Position numbers and translations under genes: made by a program. This document shows positions 49,575-64,000 of a stretch of DNA of 64,000 bases, piece after piece (position 1 is the first letter of the stretch; every line of letters begins with the position of its first letter). The notes under the pieces are model-generated. The model did not search any database and was not told where the DNA came from. It saw nothing but the letters and a program-made list of their open reading frames with translations. The DNA lies in NCBI RefSeq assembly GCF_009914755.1, contig NC_060932.1. One strand, 5' to 3'. This DNA comes from the human T2T-CHM13v2.0 reference genome, Homo sapiens.

Positions 49575-49904
49575 TTATTTATTTATTTTATTTATTTTTA
49601 TTTATTTATTTATTCATTTTGAGATGCAATCTTGCTGTGCCACCCACGAGTGTAGTGGTACGAACTCATCTCACTGCAACCTCCACCTTTGCCTCCTGGG
49701 TTCAAGCAATGCTCCTACCTCAGCCTCCTGAGTAGCTGGGACTACAGGCATACACCACCACACCCGGCTATTGTTTTGCATTTTTGTTAGAAACAGGGTT
49801 TCACCATGTTGGCCAGCTGGTCTCGAACTCCTGGCCTCAAGTGATCCACCCTCCTCAGCCTCCCAAAGTGCTGGGATTACAGGAGTGAGCCACCACGCCT
49901 GGCC
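49575..49904 (-). mobile_element. AluS/J with a (TAAA)n tail
   Basis: Dimeric Alu. TSD core CATTTTCTT. Confidence 0.9.
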
Positions 49905-50654
49905 TCTCATTTTCTTTTGAGTGAGCAGTCTCAAAGAGTGAGGTTATACAAGATCACAAAGCTTGTGGGTGATGGAGCCAGAATCTGGCTACCAGGATTG
50001 GCTCTTTCCATCACAAGGAAAGGGAAAGAGGGTGAAAGGAAGCAGGTTCAGTGGCTCAGGTGGGCTGCTCACTGTCGGCCATTGCAGGATGCCCAGGCCC
50101 AAGTCTTCTATGACTTGAAGAACTAAACTTGGCAGTGACTCCGAAATTCTTGTCCTCAGGACATGAATTTTTTTTTTATTCTCATCTTTTTCTAAAAAGT
50201 GACAGAAAATCTGGCCTTCTAAGTACTTGTAACTTTGCTCAAAATAAAGGCAAAGCATCCTATTCCAAGCAAAACCTAAGCAGTAATTTCTGCACTAAAG
50301 CACTATAGGTCTTAATATAGCAGCAGGATACTATGCACAACACACAAACATCTTCATTTTGCTTGTGAAATTTATTCAAGCAAGGGAAAGCATGAACACC
50401 AGTCACCATTGAAAAATATTTTACCAGGGTGATATGAGAAGGGAATATCCAAAAACTATATAATGTTTATGACATCTGTAAATCATAATAGCTGAACAAT
50501 ATTTTTATGTAATGTTGATTTAAAATGACATCAAACAAAAATAAATTGTGTAATAATTACCATATATAATTATGCCTAAAAGACTTCATCCACTTAATCA
50601 ACTCGACAGAAAATGGAAAAAAATGTAACCTGTTCTAAGTGTTCTCAAAAGAGA

Positions 50655-50802
50655 CTGTAGCGATGGTTGCAAATGCTGTAAATATACTAATATAAGCATT
50701 GAATTGTACACTTTAAGTGAGTGAATGATATGGATGTAAGTTATATCTCAATAAAGCTATTACCAAAAAACACAAAACAAACAACAACAACAACAAAAAA
50801 AA
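50655..50802 (+). mobile_element. L1MB/L1ME 3'-end fragment
   Basis: GATGGTTGCA..ATTGAATTGTACACTTTAA..TTATATCTCAATAAAGCT plus an A-rich tail. Confidence 0.75.
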
Positions 50803-51249
50803 CATTTAAGCTAGTCCTTTACCTACTGTGAATTCAAAACATAGGTTAAGTCTTTGGAAAAAAGGGACACCAAAGCTGAGCATGGTCAGAGGAAAAAGGG
50901 AGTTTGTTTGGCTTTTTTCTCCCAAATGGAAGGGATAGGGAAGAACGTGAGAGGGAAGAAGAAGAAAAGTACAGAGGAGCACCCAGGGTGGACAGAATGT
51001 CTTTGTGGTAGTAAGGATCATTTTAGGACCTGCCCACTGCAAAATTTAAGGAAGCCCCATATCATCAGCCTCAACTAGCTCTTCCCCATCATTTAAGGGA
51101 AGATCATGAAGCTCCTCAATTCACTGGCAAGTTCCCTCCTCCCTCACTGCAGCCTTTATTGCTTGCAGGTGAATGTAAGAGCAACCATAGCATTCTTTCT
51201 TCTTTTATCCACCACCCCTAAGAGGTCCTCAAGATTAACTCTTCCCTCT

Positions 51250-54050
51250 TTACATTCTGTTATCCTGAGCTCCCACAAAAAGTCCACAATTTCAGTCTTC
51301 TCTCATCACCTGACTCTTATCCCAAAACAGTTGCAGGTTCCCTAATCTGATTTTGTCTCTCACCTAGCCACATTTTCTACACTCTACCACTATGCTCTAG
51401 GACTCATAGTTTGACATCAGCAAAATCCTCTTTAATTTCAACCTCTTTTTGCCCTAACTGAAGACAGTGCTTCCCTGTTAGCCTCTGAGAAGGTGGCTAA
51501 TTGCCTACTCATGCCCCTCATAGCACTGAGCCGGAGGTGGTGTAGGAGTCTGCCTTGCCCATTATTGACATTTTCAGATCAATGATCCTCCCTCCTTTCT
51601 ATAAAATCTCAGTTCCACTGAGACGTATGTCTCAGGTTAAACTTCCCATCACTCCTCCTTGTTATAATTGCATACTACCCCTCTAGTCTCTTTCTCTCAT
51701 CTGTGGAAGGTTTTAGCTCCTGGACTTCTTTCTCTCCACCACTAATTCTTCTGTTATAATTATTTATTAATACCACCCCCACCATCCACTTAACACCATG
51801 GCTTCTCAGTTTTGTATTTCTTTTCTATCTTCTCTTCCAAGGATATTTTCTTTTGTGGCATCTCAGCTCTCTGCTTCCATGCTCTGGGTCTTGTCATTGC
51901 TAATAACTGCATTAACTCAAAAATAGTGCCCTCAAGCATTCTAATCTCTGATCATTCCTTCTTTTCTGATTGCTTTCTCTAGTCCTCATTCCCATTTGAA
52001 CCATTCTTGCTTCTTCCTGAAATCTGCAATTATTTGTACAAATTTTAAATGATCAATCAACTCTTTCCTGTCCTTTCTTCCCTTCTCCTAAATTTAGTGT
52101 CAGTGGCTAGGGTGATCAACCATCCCAGTTTTCCTGGGGCTGAGGAGTTTCCCAGGATGCAAGACTTTCAGTGTCAAAAATTTAAAGCCTTGGGCAACCT
52201 GGGACAAGTTGGTCACCATGTTAGTGATGCATGTTATAATCCCACTGGATACTACTTCAACACCTGTATTAAAGTAACACTAGCTATTGTAACATACACA
52301 CCCTAAACGCTCTAACCTGCAAATAGAAATGGTGTCAAAAAGTTACACAACTATTAACTGCCTTGGCCCGGAAACATGTCACTTTTTCTCACATCCCAAC
52401 GGCCCAAACTAGAGCCAAACACCTTAGGAGGTGGTGTTTAGCTTGTGCACAGAAAGAAGATATGAGCCTCTACCACAATTCTATTATTTACCACAAAATT
52501 CCCACCAACTCTCCACTGTGCTTGTCTGGCAAAACCCCCAACCTGTTACCCTGTTATCCCACCTGACTTCATCCCTGCAATTGGGCAGCTGACTGGAAGG
52601 AAACATAACCCCACTGACTTGGCTAACCTTAAATTCAGGGCAAGGCTCACTGGACCCCTAACCCCTAAATACTGCCTGGCAAATCTAATATAGCTCTCTG
52701 TTAATTCACTCTCTAACTTACCCTCAGACTATTTAACAAGTTCTCCTCTCTTATCAAACATCCAAGTTCCTGTTACTCTTTGATCTTGGCTCATAACTGC
52801 CACTTATTTATGTGAACTATTTTCTCAGACAGTCTTTTTATCACTTTTCTTAGTGACAAAAGGAGAATATTCCTAGCACCCTGCCACTGAATCAACTAAA
52901 ATATTGGCACAGGTACCCTGATGCTCTGACTTCCTACTGTTGCAAAGGAGGAATGAGCCCTGTTCCTATCCTCTTCCCCCTCTTGCAGAGTAACAATTTT
53001 CTTGCGTAGCAGGCCCCGTACCCCTCACCTTCTTAGAATCTTTCTCCTGCAATTATCTTCTCTCTCTTTCCTCCTCTACTGAATCATTCTCATCAGCACA
53101 CAATCATTCTGTAATTAATTGTTCTGTCACAAAAACATTACCTTCAACCTGTACCCCTCTACCTGCTATTGCATATATCTCTGATCCACTTTATAGAAAA
53201 ATGACTCCAAATTTTGTCTATACTTGTTGGCTATACTCTCTTACTTGCAATTAACTTTTTAAACTACTCCAAAAAAATTCTATTCTCACCAATCTAATAA
53301 AGTTATTCCCAGCAAAGTCACCAACAATCCCTTCATACCAAATCAGATGGACAATTCTTAGTCTTCATTTTACTTATCAGTAGATTTGGTGTGACTTATT
53401 ACTGTTCCTTCTTAAAACACATTCTCCAGTTGGCTTCCAGACTCTGCAGCATCCTTTGGTTATCTCATAACTCACTGCCATGTGATCATTGTTCCTGATG
53501 GTTAATGTGGAAATGCCTCCAGACTCAGTCCTCTGCTCTCTCTCATCCCTTTCTACACTACGTGCTTAGGTGAAGTAAGCGATCCCATAGCTTTAACTTA
53601 CCAAAAATAAATAAAACCATGTTACGTTTGCATTGTATGTGTGTGTGTGTACATATATAGTTCCATCCTCTCCCTTAAGCTGAAGATTTTTTTAACCAAC
53701 TGCCTATACATCTCAATTTAATGTCTAATAGATACTGCAAAACATGTCCTTTTATTCCCGCTTCTCACCCCAATCTGGTTTCCTTTAAGTAACTAGCATC
53801 ACCATTCATGAGGTTATTAGGCCAAAACCCCAAAGTTATCCTCGATTTCTCTCTTTCTATTCTACCCAATACTTAGGTATAAGATGTCTATGACTTCAAA
53901 ACACACCCTAAATTTCTAACCACTTTCCACTACCTCCATAACCATACTCAAGTTCAAGACACTCTAATTTATTTATTAGATTGCAGTCATAATTTTCTAG
54001 AATATCCTCTACGTTTCCATCTCCATGACCAAAGCCTGCTTTCTGCAGTA
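51250..54050 (+). mobile_element. Long decayed L2 LINE with small insertions
   Basis: C/T-rich strand with CAAAGTCACCAAC, TCTTAGTCTTCATTTTACTT, CTTCTTAAAACAC and CATCTCAATTTAATGTCTAATAG. Confidence 0.65.
52108..52220. mobile_element. MER81-like hAT-Blackjack MITE
   Basis: Terminal inverted repeats TAGGGTGATCAACCATCCCAG ... CTGGGACAAGTTGGTCACCATG, 113 bp. Confidence 0.8.
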
Positions 54051-54545
54051 AAAAACTTTAGCAGAATTTGAATCCACCAGAACAATGGTGTTTCTCTTAC
54101 TCCAGCCCCCTCTAGCCTTCCTGTGTCACCTAAGGTGGGAAAAAGGAAGCTAAGAAACACTTGAAAGGTCACAGCCCAGGGATACAGGACCACTAAAAGA
54201 CATAATTCATCATAAGCTTATAGAATGTCTACTTCCCCACACCTTACCACCAGACCAACAGGGATCCAGTATAGTAGTAGCAAATTACAGCTGAAGGAGC
54301 TCCAAGACACAGATTCTATCTGATGAGGAGTTCTTGAGGGAGCACAATGATAACAGGTATACAAAACAAGGACACTAAAGGACTTTTAAGTCTCCAACAC
54401 TTTCAGCTTCAGTAAACATTAAACAATGCTAACCTACCCAAATTGACATAAAAACTAATGCTAAAGGCCTACTTTGCCCAATATGTCATGTCCAGCTTCC
54501 AACAAAAAAATACAAGGCATACTAAAAGCAAGAAAAGAAATAGCT
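54050..54545 (+). mobile_element. L1M 5'-region fragment
   Basis: CACTTGAAAGGTCACAGCCCAGGG..ATGTCCAGCTTCCAACAAAAAAATACAAGGCATACTAAAAG. Confidence 0.55.
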
Positions 54546-54906
54546 AATGGCAACCGTGTTGCCTTTTATGTATCTAATTTGACCTGTTAACTTTCAAAAT
54601 TCAAAAACAATGTAACACAGCGCTTGTCAGACCATCTGTTTAAGTCAGCTAGTGGTCTTCACAATTTTCTATTGTTCTCCCTGTCAGCAAGAAACAAATT
54701 AAAAAGCACACTTCTCAAGAGATGTATTTATTTATAAATTTCATGCATCTTCTACTCTTTTAACAGATTATATTTATCATATATCACACACAAATTAAAA
54801 TGAATAAGATAAATAGTCATTATAAATTGAGCTTCTAACATTTGTCCCCAACTCCTGATGGGTCACAGGTAACTTAAACACATACAGCTTGTTTTGAAAT
54901 CCACTG

Positions 54907-55512
54907 GTATGGTAGGCAGAATTCTGAGATTTCTGTCCCCTAGCATCTACACTTTGTATAATTTCCTTCCTTTGTGAAGGAGGGCAGAACCTATGATTTG
55001 CTCCTCACTAGTTAGAATATAGCAAAGGGGGTAGAATTTTGCAAATGTAATTAACATCCCTAACCAATCATCCTTGAGTTCATCAAAAAGGCTATCTTGG
55101 GTGGGTTTTCTAGGACAGCCAGTGAGTTCTTTGAAGGGGGATTCAAGCCTTCTCTGAAAGAACAGACTCAAAGCAGGAAAGAGGCTCTCCTGCTGGCTTT
55201 GAAAAAGGTGTATTGAGAACCACCTATTGAGAGGAGTTTAGGAGCTGAGGATCTCACTCATAACCACAAGGAGCTCAATTCTGTCAACAACCTGCATATG
55301 CTTAGAGGAGGATCCCAAGATCCAAATGAGAACAACGCCTAGCCAACACCTTGATTACAGCCTCAGGCATAACTGCTCAAACTCATAAGGTTACACTGCC
55401 AATTAAGCCATGCCTGGACCCCTGACCCAAAGAAACTGCAGATAATAAATGGGTGTTGTTTTAAGCCTATCGATGGGTGGTAGTTTGTTACACAACATGG
55501 TAAACGAATACA
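54907..55512 (+). mobile_element. MLT1E/F-like solo LTR
   Basis: GGTAGGCAGAATTCTGAGAT..CCAACACCTTGATTACAGCC..GATAATAAATGGGTGTTGTTTTAAGCC..GAATACA. Confidence 0.85.
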
Positions 55513-58255
55513 ACTGATGCTAGTTAATTGGTAGACTCTAGGGTTCACAATTTATAGTAAAGAGAGGCTTATTGGTTTGGGAGATGCCAGCCCTGCATCC
55601 TGTTGGATGTATATCAAATGAGATTCGACCTGTGGAATGTCCCCCTCCTTTCAGATTTTCCCTGAGTCTTACATCTCAGTTTTGAGGATCAAAAAGTAAC
55701 ATCATGTTTACTCATTTTACCTCTCAAAGCCATACAAGTTCACTAAAGTTCTTCTGACTTAAAGGATCTCAGTTACAGCTCCTGAAATAAGTGGTCATTA
55801 AGATTTTATGAACAGGTAGTGGAGTGAGGGTGGGCAAGGCACAGACAATGTCTTAGAGTTCCTCCACTGGTAGCAAGAATTCTGCCACAAGTGGGAATCC
55901 AAACATCCCCGTGCCAACTCCTAGTTCCCAATCCCAACCTCATGCCCTGCAAAACACACACACACACAACTCCAGCATCACCCCAACACACACACAGGTG
56001 CATGAACACACACTTGTGTACACCACTTTCCTCTCTTTCCCTCACAACACACACTCTGCTGCTTCTGAGTTTTCGATGAGAATCAAGTGAGAATAGACTT
56101 AAACAGAGATTCACATTCCAAAGCTGAGTATTCATCATTAAGTAATGATCAGGAAGTGTTTGGATGTAGAAGCACTTTTTTACTAACATTTGACTCTGGC
56201 ATGCTCTGCATTCTGAGTTTTACCTGGACAGGCATATGATCAGATTATCTGCAGGAAGACAGCCCCTCATTGCATGGGAACATGATTGAATGAGATCTCC
56301 ATCTAAGTGCCCCCAAAAGTCAGAGCTTGTGGGGTTGTATCTTATCTTGTCTCTTACTAACCACATGAATGAAAGAAAACCAACACATTACCCTAATGCT
56401 CTACAAAAGAGACACTAACACCTGCCCCATAATATTGCTGTGAAGATTAAATGAAGTAAGGTGAAAGCTCACTGTCATAGCACATGATGGAATCTAAAGT
56501 GGGCGCCTGCTTCTTTCATTTGCCAACGTGTTTCTACACCTATGGTACCTTAGGATTAAATTTTGTACTTCAAAATGTAATGTGCAATTTCTCATCAAAA
56601 TAGTTACTTGCTTCAATTTGTCTCTTCACTAGTGTGTACAATCCCCCTAATGAGTGCCATGTTTAAGGCACCAAATCAACACTAATTAAATGCCTAGCAC
56701 ATTAAGGTAATATTTTGAAGTTTCTTCCTCTTTATGTTTCAATGTTGACAGTAATTCTTGATTGTTCTAAAACAAACAGCTTTATAACTGGGCAAAAATG
56801 AGGGAAAGATTTCCAGGGATCTATTCTGTATTCCTTCATATTACATTGAATAGAAACTCCATAATGACACATTCATTTGTTTGGTGTTTTTTTAAGTAAA
56901 TATAAGTAGTTGATCTTGATCCTGTACATCAAATATGTATGAAAAATAACTAATATTGTAGAGCACTTTATATTTTACAAAATGTTGTAAACTTCACAAA
57001 AATCTGTAAGAAAAAAGGACTGAATTTTGTTGCACACTTACTAGAAGTCAGTCATCATTCCATCATTCTGGGCATCTTTCATACATTTTCTCATTAACCC
57101 TTGTATCCACTCTCTGAAGGATGCTTACTGTTACAGGTTTCCAGTGAGCAAAATAACACGGGAAAAATTAAACATGTTGCTATGGATTATACAGATATTA
57201 AGTAGTTTGTCCAAAACTTGAATTTAAGACGTGATTTCAAACTCTTGGCTCTGTTTTCTGGAGGAAATAGTTCAATTTCCTGCTTTTCATCTTCTCTGAG
57301 GTAGGATCAGGGGAAGAGGCTTTGTAGGAACCACTCTTCATAACTTATTATATTTTCTTTCTTATTAATTTTTTTATTATTATTATTTTCTTATCTGATC
57401 AGTGAGGCAAGGTTTATAGCTTCACCTTTACTGGATCCTCTAAAACACCTAGACAGGGACTGAATATTGTAATTTTTAAGTGAAGTCTCTCAGAATTTTC
57501 TAAAGTAAAAAAGTTTATTGAGATATAAATTTAATTTATATCATCAGTTAAGGTTAGCCCATCTCAAAGGACAAAGGCTTTTTCTCTGGCTGATAGCAAA
57601 TGGAAAATAGCAGTAGCAGATGTGTAGATGATTCCCCAGCTCTTAAGTCAAATGGTCTCTACTGCCTTGGTTTTGTGAAATTACCTATATTTATCACGTT
57701 TGCAAAGAAACAACAGAAGACACTTTAATTACACATGAAACCACCTCATTCAGAAAAGACAGCGTGACAGCCCTAAAGCAGTTTCCATGCTGTTCTCTAG
57801 AATATCCTCTCAACGTGTGTTTGCGTTTGCCATTCTGGCAAGAGAATAAGAACAATCCGCTGGTGCCTTTCTGGGGGAAAACGGAAGGGAGGCTCACACT
57901 TTGTGACAGTTGCCACTAAGCCATTATCCTCCACAAGCATTTAATAGGCACTTACACATTCCAATCCTGACCTGGTCTCTGAACTTATTGAGCTAAATGA
58001 AACATGGTCTCTGCCAACAAGGAGTTTCAAGTCCAGGAAGGCCGACAGAGACACCTGCAACTAACTATAAAGTGATATCATAATAAGTAGAATATGCAAA
58101 GCAGAGGAAATGGTAACATTTTCACATGAAAATTCATATTTGGGTCTTGAAGGATGAAAATAATTTCAAGCTAAGGGAGAGGGTATTCCAAATCTAGGAA
58201 TACGTAGAGCAAAAGCTCAGAGTCCTGAAAATGTTTCTTATGCTCAATGAATGAG

Positions 58256-59180
58256 CCTAAATTAGGCCAATTAATAACCCTACAATGGCTGCTAAGTGTT
58301 CAAGTGAAAGGAAGTCACAAGTCTTTCACTTTAAATCAAAAGCTAGAAATGATTAAGCTTAGAAAGGAAGGCATGTCGAAAGCCAAGATAAGCTGAAAAC
58401 CAGGCCTCTTCCACCAAGCAGTTAACAAGTTGTGAATGCAAATGACAAATATTTTAAGTAAATTTAAATTGCTACTCCAGTGAACATACAGATAATAAGA
58501 AAGTGAAAGAGCCTTACTACTGATATGAAGAAAGTTATACTGGTCTGGATAGAAGATCAAACTAGCCACAGCATTCCCTTAAGCCTAGTCTAGAGCAAGG
58601 CCCTAGCTCTTCAATTCTATAAAGGCTGAGAGAGGTGAGGAAGCTTCAGAAGAAAAGTATGAAGCTGGCAGAGGTTGGTTCATTAGGTTTTAAGGAAAGA
58701 AGACATCTCTGTAACACAAAAGTGCAAAGTGGAACAACAAGTGCTGATGTAGAAGCTGCAGCAAGTTATCCAGAAGGTCTAGCTAGGATCATTGATTAAG
58801 GTGGCTACACTAAACAACACATTTGCAACACAAACAACACAGTATTCTATTGGAAGAAGATGCCACCTAGGATACACATAGCCAAAGAGGAGAAGAGGAG
58901 AATGCCTGGATTCAAAACTTCAAAGAACAGACTGACTCTTGTTTGGGGCTAATGCAGCTGGTGATTTTAAATTGAAGCCAATGCTTGTTTACCATTTCAT
59001 AAATTCTAGAGCCATTAAGAATTATCTTAATTTAGTCTGCCTGTGCTCTATAAACGGATCAACAAAGCTTGGATGGCAACACATGTATTTACAGTATGGT
59101 TTACTGAATACTTTAAGCCCACTGTTGAGATCTACCACTTACAAAGAAGATTCCTTTTAAAATATTACTGCTCATTGGTG
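58256..59180 (+). mobile_element. Tigger1 DNA transposon fragment (decayed transposase N-terminal half)
   Basis: TTAGGCCAATTAATAACCCTACAATGGC..TTAAATCAAAAGCTAGAAATGATTAAGCTTAG. The translation [14 protein letters not shown] matches the Tigger1 transposase. Multiple frameshifts. Confidence 0.92.
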
Positions 59181-59189
59181 GTGGACCCA

Positions 59190-59360
59190 GTGTGTGTTTA
59201 CTGTGTGGTATGTGTGTACTGCTCATTGGCAATGTATTGGTGTGTGTTGTGTACATGTGTTTGTGTGTGTGTGTATATGGTGTGAGTAGTGTGTGTAGTA
59301 TGTGAGGTGGTATGTGTGGTGTGTGTGATGTGAGTGGTATGTGGGGTGGTGTGAGTGTTG
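59190..59360 (+). repeat. Degenerate (GT)-rich low-complexity tract
   Basis: Read directly. Confidence 0.85.
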
Positions 59361-59446
59361 TCTTCCCCAGAGTGTTACCATGCCTGGATTTGCAACTTAT
59401 GATTGATTATGGTTGCTATAAAAGATTCTAGGTTCTAATCAGATTA

Positions 59447-59743
<297 letters not shown>

Positions 59744-59861
59744 GGAAAGATTTCTATAATCAATTACTGCTGTTTACATGATGCCAAGGGAAATGGCACG
59801 TCATATGCCTTGAATTTCCATCTTTTTTCAAAAGAGAAGAATCTTTAAAAATGCCCTACCA

Positions 59862-60163
<302 letters not shown>

Positions 60164-63100
60164 AAAAATGCCCTACCAAATCTTTGGAGTGGAAGGCAAA
60201 ATGTGGAGAGGAATGGATGTGTGAGAAGGGCTATGAAATAAAAGAGGCTCAAGTTGAAGTCTCCTTTCTTAATCCTCTTGATTCACTGCTTTCTAGGTGG
60301 CATGAAGAAATAATTTTGAACTGACACAGGATCACCCAGTCAAGTTTCTTCTGAACTAAGTAATAAAAATCCATGCTGGGTTTCTCCTGACATTCTATAC
60401 TATCTGCAGGCTTGCAGCTTCTTTTCATGATGTGCTGTTGATCCAAAAGAAGCCTCTTTTGATGGCACATATAAAACAGGCTAATAATGTAGATTAAAGT
60501 ATAAGGAAGAGGTATACTTTTCTAAGTCTATTCAGTTTATTATAAAATTTAACTAAGATTGCACCAATCCCCTACTTTCTAGCCTCACCATTAGCAGCTG
60601 GAGAGATTTTCACAGGCAATCTCCAGTGAAAATATCCCAGTTACCAACTTATGAATTTTCTTCTTTTAGTTCAAATATAGATAATGATGATGATGTTGAT
60701 GTAGATAGAGAGAGAGAGAAAGAGTATTAGATAGCCAGACTCATTACTAAGCAGTTGCCATGGCCAAGCGCTGTTCTTTGTAATGAAATGGATAACAAAC
60801 GTGGATATGACATTGCCCCTAACTTCCAAGGCTTGTCATGAAGTGAAGAATCTAGAAAAAAATAAACTCTAGCTTTGAATTGATGCCAGGGCACAAAGCT
60901 GTATTGGGTACCATTAAGACTCAAGGAAATCCTCAGTTCTACCAGGAGAGTTGGAGCTGGGAAATGAAGCGACAGTTCATAAATGTCTTATAAGGGGACA
61001 AGAAATTTGAGTTCAGTTACGAGAGATGAGGAAGAAGTTCACCACGTTAATGACAGTGGTAAAACAGAGAAAGCATTTCAGTTAGAGGGAACTAAGTGGG
61101 TAGAGGATGGAGACATAAACCAGCCAGATCTGCCTGTGAATTCAAACTAAGCTAAGGCAGGAACAAAGGTCTTAAGGTTGAGGTTAGTACTGAAGATCAT
61201 GCCACTGTCACTGCCCACTTATTATCTTTTGCACCATTTCCTACCTGTTCACTGCCTCCAGTTTCACCAGCCCACTAATAACTTTCAAATGCTTCCTGTT
61301 ACCTGCAGGATGAAGTATTAAGCAAATTCTTTAAAATGGCTAGTGGAACTCTTCAAAACCTGATGCCTGATCTTTCCTGGCTGCTTCTCCTACCATCACT
61401 TACTTCATTCAATCATCCATTCATTCAAGATTTAGTCAATAGCGACCATACTCAAGGCATGGTATGAGGTGGCTATGCAACAAAAGAGGCATGATCCCTG
61501 CCCTCAGGACCATTACTTATATATTTTTAAATGTGCCTTTTTATATAGCCACAATAAACTGCATGCAGTTCCTCAAGAGTGCTGTAAGACCCTGTATACA
61601 GTCTTTGCATAAACTATCTTTTCTCAGAATGTCCTTTCCTTCTTGACAAACTGATGAATCCCTTCCCATCCTCTAAAATCCTACTCTGCCTCATTTCCTC
61701 TGGAAACTTTCCCTGAGTTGAGCATCCTGCTCTCAGTTCGCACTGTCCTTACCTTTTTGGCAGTTATTACTATGTGGTTAGGTGACTATTGGCGGCTTAT
61801 CTGCACATGGGATATTGGAAAGACTTAATAAATGGTGTAGCAGGGATTCTAACTAGCCTTAACTGATGTTGGCCAACACAGTCATACATACCACTGGGAA
61901 CCAACTGAATTTCAATTCTTCGCCTCCCAACTAGGCTGTGATCATTGGGCTTTCGACTCACTCATATAGGCGTTCCCAGAGCCCAGCATATAGTAAGCCC
62001 CCAACAACTTTCCTAAATAAATGAAAAACTATTTTTTTCTAACACAGACAAATACTCTTCACTCTGACTTTTTGCCAGGTGGTTGCGGGGGTCAATTATT
62101 TGTGAAAGTGCCAGAAAAACATCTAGTGCTCTATTGACAAGTATTACTGCCCTGGGAATGATGAGTCTTAATTAAAACATTGGCCTGTTCTCCGTTGCCT
62201 CTACTCTCTGCAGCCTCAGGATGCATAAACAATTCTCAGAGTAAATGATGGGGCACATACTGAACAGCAGGAACAGCAAAGAGAAATAAAATTATAATGA
62301 GCACCCAGGTTACTTCCTATTACTACTTACAATAGCTGTTATATACAAGATGCCCTTTCCCCTCATACATTGGCTTAAAATGTCAAATTTTTAGCTAAGC
62401 ATCTCTTTTGGAGAGACTACATTCTACTTTTTTGGATGTTTTGGCTTTACTTGTTTGGTTGGTTGGATTTGGTTCTGTGTTATATTGTGTTATTTGTTTT
62501 TATTAACAGCTGCTAGCTGTAGAAGTAATTTCTAAATTAGCTATTGGTGCTGTATGTCAGCTGGACCCAGATCAGGCATTTCAGCTGGTGGCAAACACCT
62601 TCCACTGGTCCCTAGTGGTGCTGCCAGCTACCTCCGCTCTGTCACTCTAATCTGGGACTTGAGTGGCATTTTGGAGAGGGTTCATCATCCTAGCAAAGCA
62701 GAGGTAAAGAGAATCAGAGCAATTATTCCTCACAAAGGCAACTCTTATTTTTCATGAGATTTTCAGGGTGCCACAGCAATCAGGAATCTTGGATAGGATC
62801 ATCTCAGAAGCCATCTCTGATCAATTGGTAGTGGCTTCCTGGAAGAATTCTCAGTGGAACAGGACCCACACCAGTTAATAATGTCTACCCCAAGGACAAG
62901 GGAGAGGGGAATGAGGACATGGATGTCGCAGACTTGTAGATCCTAATCTAGTTCCACCCTTTTAACTAAGGCATGACTGAGTGGAAGTCCAGAGAAAGAG
63001 GTGACTGGTGCATGATCACATGGACAGCCACTAGGATATGTGAGCTTAGCACTCACATCTCTTGATTTCTAGGCCAGTTCTTCTCCCATGATACCCACTT

Positions 63101-63529
63101 TTAGCATATAAGGTAAGAAATCCTGCTATGCAGGAAGAAATTCCTGATCAGAATTTCATTTTCCTTAACAACTTTTGGCAGAGGTTCAGGAATAATATCC
63201 AAGAAGCCTGTCTTTGTTCTTCCTCCTTCCTACCCCGGAAGCAATGTCACGTTACAAAAATCACTGCAGATCCCCACACATTAGTGCAGATTTTGACCCT
63301 GGAGTTCCCATTTGACCCCTTCTTCTGCATTGTAGCTGCCCCTCCAGCTCCACACATAGCTCTACTTCTCCTTCCAGCCCCTTCTAATTGAAGATTCCTT
63401 TGGGAAGACTGACCAGACTTGGATTAGCTTCTCACCAAGATGCTGCCATCCAAATAAAAGCTTCATTTAGCAAATATGCACTTGATCTAAGCTCCAAGGA
63501 GAGCCAACCTATCCAGGAAAATGAGTCTC

Positions 63530-64000
63530 TACACTCAGTCATTCATGTATTCATTAATTTTAAAAACATATTTTGTGCATCCAGTAGGTACCAACTAGTC
63601 TCCCAGGTTCTCGGCTTATAAGAATGAGTATGAGACAGTCCCTAATCTAATTTCAAGCTCCTTAACAGTGGGAGTATCAGAAGAAGCAGGAAAGAAGTAA
63701 TAGCATGGTACCTTTCAGAAACCACAAAGAGCCCAGGAATCTGAGGAGAAGAGATTGAGTTGATTCTAGAGAGTCAAGAGATAGATATCAAACCTATGTT
63801 CTCTGCATTAAGTGTTTGGACTTCAGGTGGAGACAATGGGATTCTGAAAGTTTCAGTTTCATATGCAAGAGACATCCCTTTGGCGGCACTGTAGACCAGG
63901 GAGAGACTGGAGCCAGATAGACCAATTAGCTGCCTATTGCAATAGTCCATATGAGAGATGATAGACCTTCAATATGCAGTAGTGGCAGGGAATGAAGAAG
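63530..64000 (-). mobile_element. L2 3' fragment
   Basis: CATTCATGTATTCATT..GAGACAGTCCCT..CTATTGCAATAGTCCA..GAGAGATGAT. Confidence 0.65.

Noticed and set aside
58256-59180. Domesticated Tigger transposase (TIGD1-like gene)
   Set aside because: It has multiple frameshifts and stops and is truncated, so it is an ordinary fossil.

Overview
This is human or great-ape nuclear DNA: AT-rich, CpG-depleted and dominated by repeats. An AluYb8 element points to human. I cannot name the locus and I see no recognisable host protein-coding exon, RNA gene, CRISPR array or prokaryotic system. Most short ORFs in the track come from Alu, L1, LTR or simple-repeat sequence. The main feature is a near full-length L1PA2/L1PA3-type LINE-1 (2219-7757, +). 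Its 5'UTR has lost the ~0.5-kb internal intron precisely at the known splice sites, which makes it a spliced integrated retrotransposed element. It keeps an intact 338-aa ORF1 and an open 846-aa RT/C-terminal part of ORF2, and it sits inside a MER58-like DNA transposon that an Alu also interrupts. Other features worth a look are a (TAAAA)14/(TGAAA)9 Alu tail carrying the FAME/SCA37-type motif pair, a pristine AluYb8 with a perfect 15-bp TSD and a tiny 5'-inverted L1 with a double poly(A). There are also several local non-TE duplications, a 160-aa orphan ORF behind a minus-strand splice acceptor, and candidate enhancer/CTCF sites. Family calls and boundaries for old repeats were made by eye and are approximate. 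I found no convincing new biological system.
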